Below, in pieces: positions 61,550 to 64,000 of a stretch of DNA of 64,000 nucleotides (positions are counted from its first letter, which is position 1; every line of letters starts with the position of its first letter). The stretch covers positions 3,162,001 to 3,226,000 of the forward strand of contig CM035356.1 in assembly GCA_020137815.1 (NCBI GenBank), read 5' to 3'. Origin of the DNA: Hormiphora californensis (lineage: Eukaryota > Animalia > Ctenophora). The notes under the pieces were generated by a model. That model was not told the DNA's origin. It saw only the letters and a program-made list of their open reading frames with translations, and did no database searches. A program made the translations under genes and the position numbers.

Positions 61550-64000
61550 CTAACTAGTACTATCGTGGACCATGGCGACGCTTCTTCCACTGTCATCCTT
61601 ACTAGTTCCCTCGGGCACCCAGCTAGCACCCCTCTCAGTGGAACATGCCACAGTCTTGCCTCCCAGCAACACGTTATCAGCGTACCCCAGCTTCCGGTAG
61701 ACAGAGTGGTAATACTCCGATTCGGTGGTTCCCATGGCACCGTAATGCTCCTTTAACCCGTCAATCCAGCCGTAACCAACTGAGTCACTAAACTGCTCCT
61801 TCTGTCTCCACAACACACTGGCAGGAAGGAGGTTCTCCCTATCACAAGCCTTCCTCAGAACGCCTTTCTCAATAGGTCGGCCGTTATACTTGATGAACTT
61901 GGGGTACTTCATCTCTATGGGGATCGTCATGGCAACGTCAAGAAGATCAGGGTCCAGGAAGGGAACACGCACCTCCACACTGCTGGCGAGCATGGACTTG
62001 TTGGCACGGAGACAGTCGTAGTAGTGGAGCAGCTCCAGTTTGTCCTTCATCTCCGCTTCGAACTCTGGAGAGAAGGATAAAGGAGGGGTTGTTAGAGGGA
62101 TAAAGGAGGTGTTAGAGAGATCAGGAGGGGTTAGTAGGAGGGGGATAGTTAGGGGGCAGAGGTAAGCAGGCTGTCTTTCGCTTGTTATGTTCTAACCCTT
62201 CTTTACATTTCGCGGGCGCGGGTGCACAAAACACAGTCTAGCTAGGTAATCTTTCGCGTGTTGAATAGTCTTCGGTCCCCGGTGTGAGCCGACAGACTGG
62301 GAACATGTCAAGTGAAACCCCTCCTTTGCAGCTTACCTTCGTTGTTGGGTGCATAGTGGAAGTAGAGGTATCCTCCCCAAGCCTCGTCACTGCCCTCCCC
62401 ACTGAGGACCATCTTGAAGCCCAGACTGTGAATCTTCTTGCCCAATAGGTAGTTTGGCGTAGAGGACCGAACAGTGGTGGTGTGGGGTGTTTCTATCTTC
62501 CTAATCACCTCCGGGACAAGATCAATGCCCTCCGCTAGGGAGTACTTGAACTCATGATGGATGGAGCCTATGTGGTCAGCCACCGCACGTGCAAACTTGA
62601 AATCCGGGGCATTTTCAAGGCCAATGGTGAAGGTGTGTAGCTCGTGTTCGGGACCGAGGATCTTCCTAGTGAATGCGGCAACTAGTGATGAATCAAGTCC
62701 ACCGCTTAGTAACACCCCACTTGGGCAATCACAGGGAAGCATTCTCTCTACCGCTTTATACATTGCGTTGTAAACTCTATCATACACCTCCTCCTCCTCC
62801 ATGCCTCCTGGGGTGAAGGGTGCTGGAACCCAATGGTCCATGGTATACCATTGTGTCACCGCCCCCATGGTTGGGGGTCCGTGGTAGTAGCACCGAGGAG
62901 GGAAGTTCTCCACCCGCTCACAGACACCCACCAGACATTTCTGCTCACTGCTCACATACAGCCTTCCCTTGCTATCACTACCCCAGTATAGGGGGATGAT
63001 GCCCATGTGATCACGTGCGATGAACACCTTCCCAGTCTTGTTATCCACCACCACCGTAGCGAACATGCCGTTCAGCAGCTTGGGAAGATCAGTGCCCACT
63101 TTCTCAAAGAGAGCAGGGATCAGCTCACAGTCACTCCGACCCACCGGCTCGATCTTGTGGTCTTCCTCCAGGGCCTTGTGGTTGTAGATCTCTCCGTTGG
63201 TCATGCCGGTGTACTGGCCAAAGGTGAACGGTTGTCTACCTACAGCGGGGGAGGAGGGGGTCAGTTATTTATATAGGTATTACCCAGTGAGGGTGGGGGG
63301 GGGGGGTGGTCAGTTCTTGAGAATTGTGGGGACTGGGGGAATTATATGGCGGTTAGTGTTTGTTATAATATGCTGTTGAATTATTTCAGACGTCGGGTCA
63401 TCATGTGAGAGAGAGGGTAAGAGAGGGAGAGAGTGAGGGAGGAAGGAAGGAAGAAGATGGATCGTGAACTGGCAATATAATGATATTTTAGAGGCGTGTT
63501 TGTTAGGTCACAAGCGTGATAATGTCACATATAGTGTTCCTTGGACAGCTAGTTTTGTGGAACACCTACCAGAGTCAGATCTGCAGTATTTGTCAATGTT
63601 CAGTTTCTGCCTTACCTGAGTCAGATCTGAAGTATTTTTCAATGTTCAGTTCCTGCCTTACCTTGTTAAGTAAGGGGTACTCGACTAGCCTTACCTGAGT
63701 CAGATCTGTCCATAATGTTGAGTCGAACAAAGCAGAAGAGTCCGTTAGCAACTGGGTGGCAATAGAAATCATCGGGGCCCCTGTGTACCTGAAATTGTTT
63801 TTGAAAGCTGAAGTTTATCATTTAGGAACAAATTGATTATATGGTTAGGTGGAAATCCACATGTTAATCAAGATATCAGATATTCATGTTGGTATTAACT
63901 ATTATCATTATGGAGTTTGGAGTCTTGTTTCTTCACCGGTTTATTTTCTAGTTACCTGTTTTAAAGCACTTTCCACGCACAGCGCCCTGTCACAGTCCTC
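61550..64000 (-). CDS. ASNS: Glutamine-dependent asparagine synthetase, 5' end outside the window
   Basis: Exons 64000-63956, 63788-63695 (HRGPD..RLNIMD), 63239-62337 (QPF, NGEIYNH, RDHMGIIPLY, LLSGGLDSS, SGEGSDE.WGGYLYF), 62064-61550 (DCLRANK, RVPFLD, WRQKEQFSD). Confidence 0.95.

Overview
Eukaryotic (animal) genomic DNA with GT-AG introns, abundant CT/GA microsatellites and many non-autonomous DNA transposons. It is most likely a ctenophore of the Pleurobrachia type. That assignment is an inference from memory: I recall the 109-bp repeat (translating as [15 protein letters not shown]...) being abundant in Pleurobrachia gene models. Genes reconstructed by hand are: a CR1/L2-type LINE 3' end; alpha-actinin (+, 2167-25623) with a nested intronless six-EF-hand calbindin/secretagogin-like gene; TOMM20 (-); a small single-pass membrane orphan (+); DTL/Cdt2 (-); a ZIP metal transporter (-); APE1 (-) head-to-head with an APLF-like FHA gene (+); an uncharacterised H..HRxEG-motif gene (+); an SLC22 transporter (-); and asparagine synthetase (-, runs off the window end). 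Five large inverted-repeat/foldback elements carry different target-site duplications (5-bp ATTAC, TTAA, TACT, TGA, TA). Parts of the sequence are unpolished: 24060-26930 is homopolymer-inflated, and 1-bp insertions occur at 11962-12849 and 44340-44668. The most notable observations are the nested calbindin-like gene, the H..HRxEG gene resembling non-animal families, a synonymous-only array of ten TPKR CDK sites in Cdt2, tandem repeats that multiply splice sites and RFX/CRE-like motifs, a 3.1-kb foldback element with a 5-bp TSD, and an SLC22 with a doubled extracellular loop.
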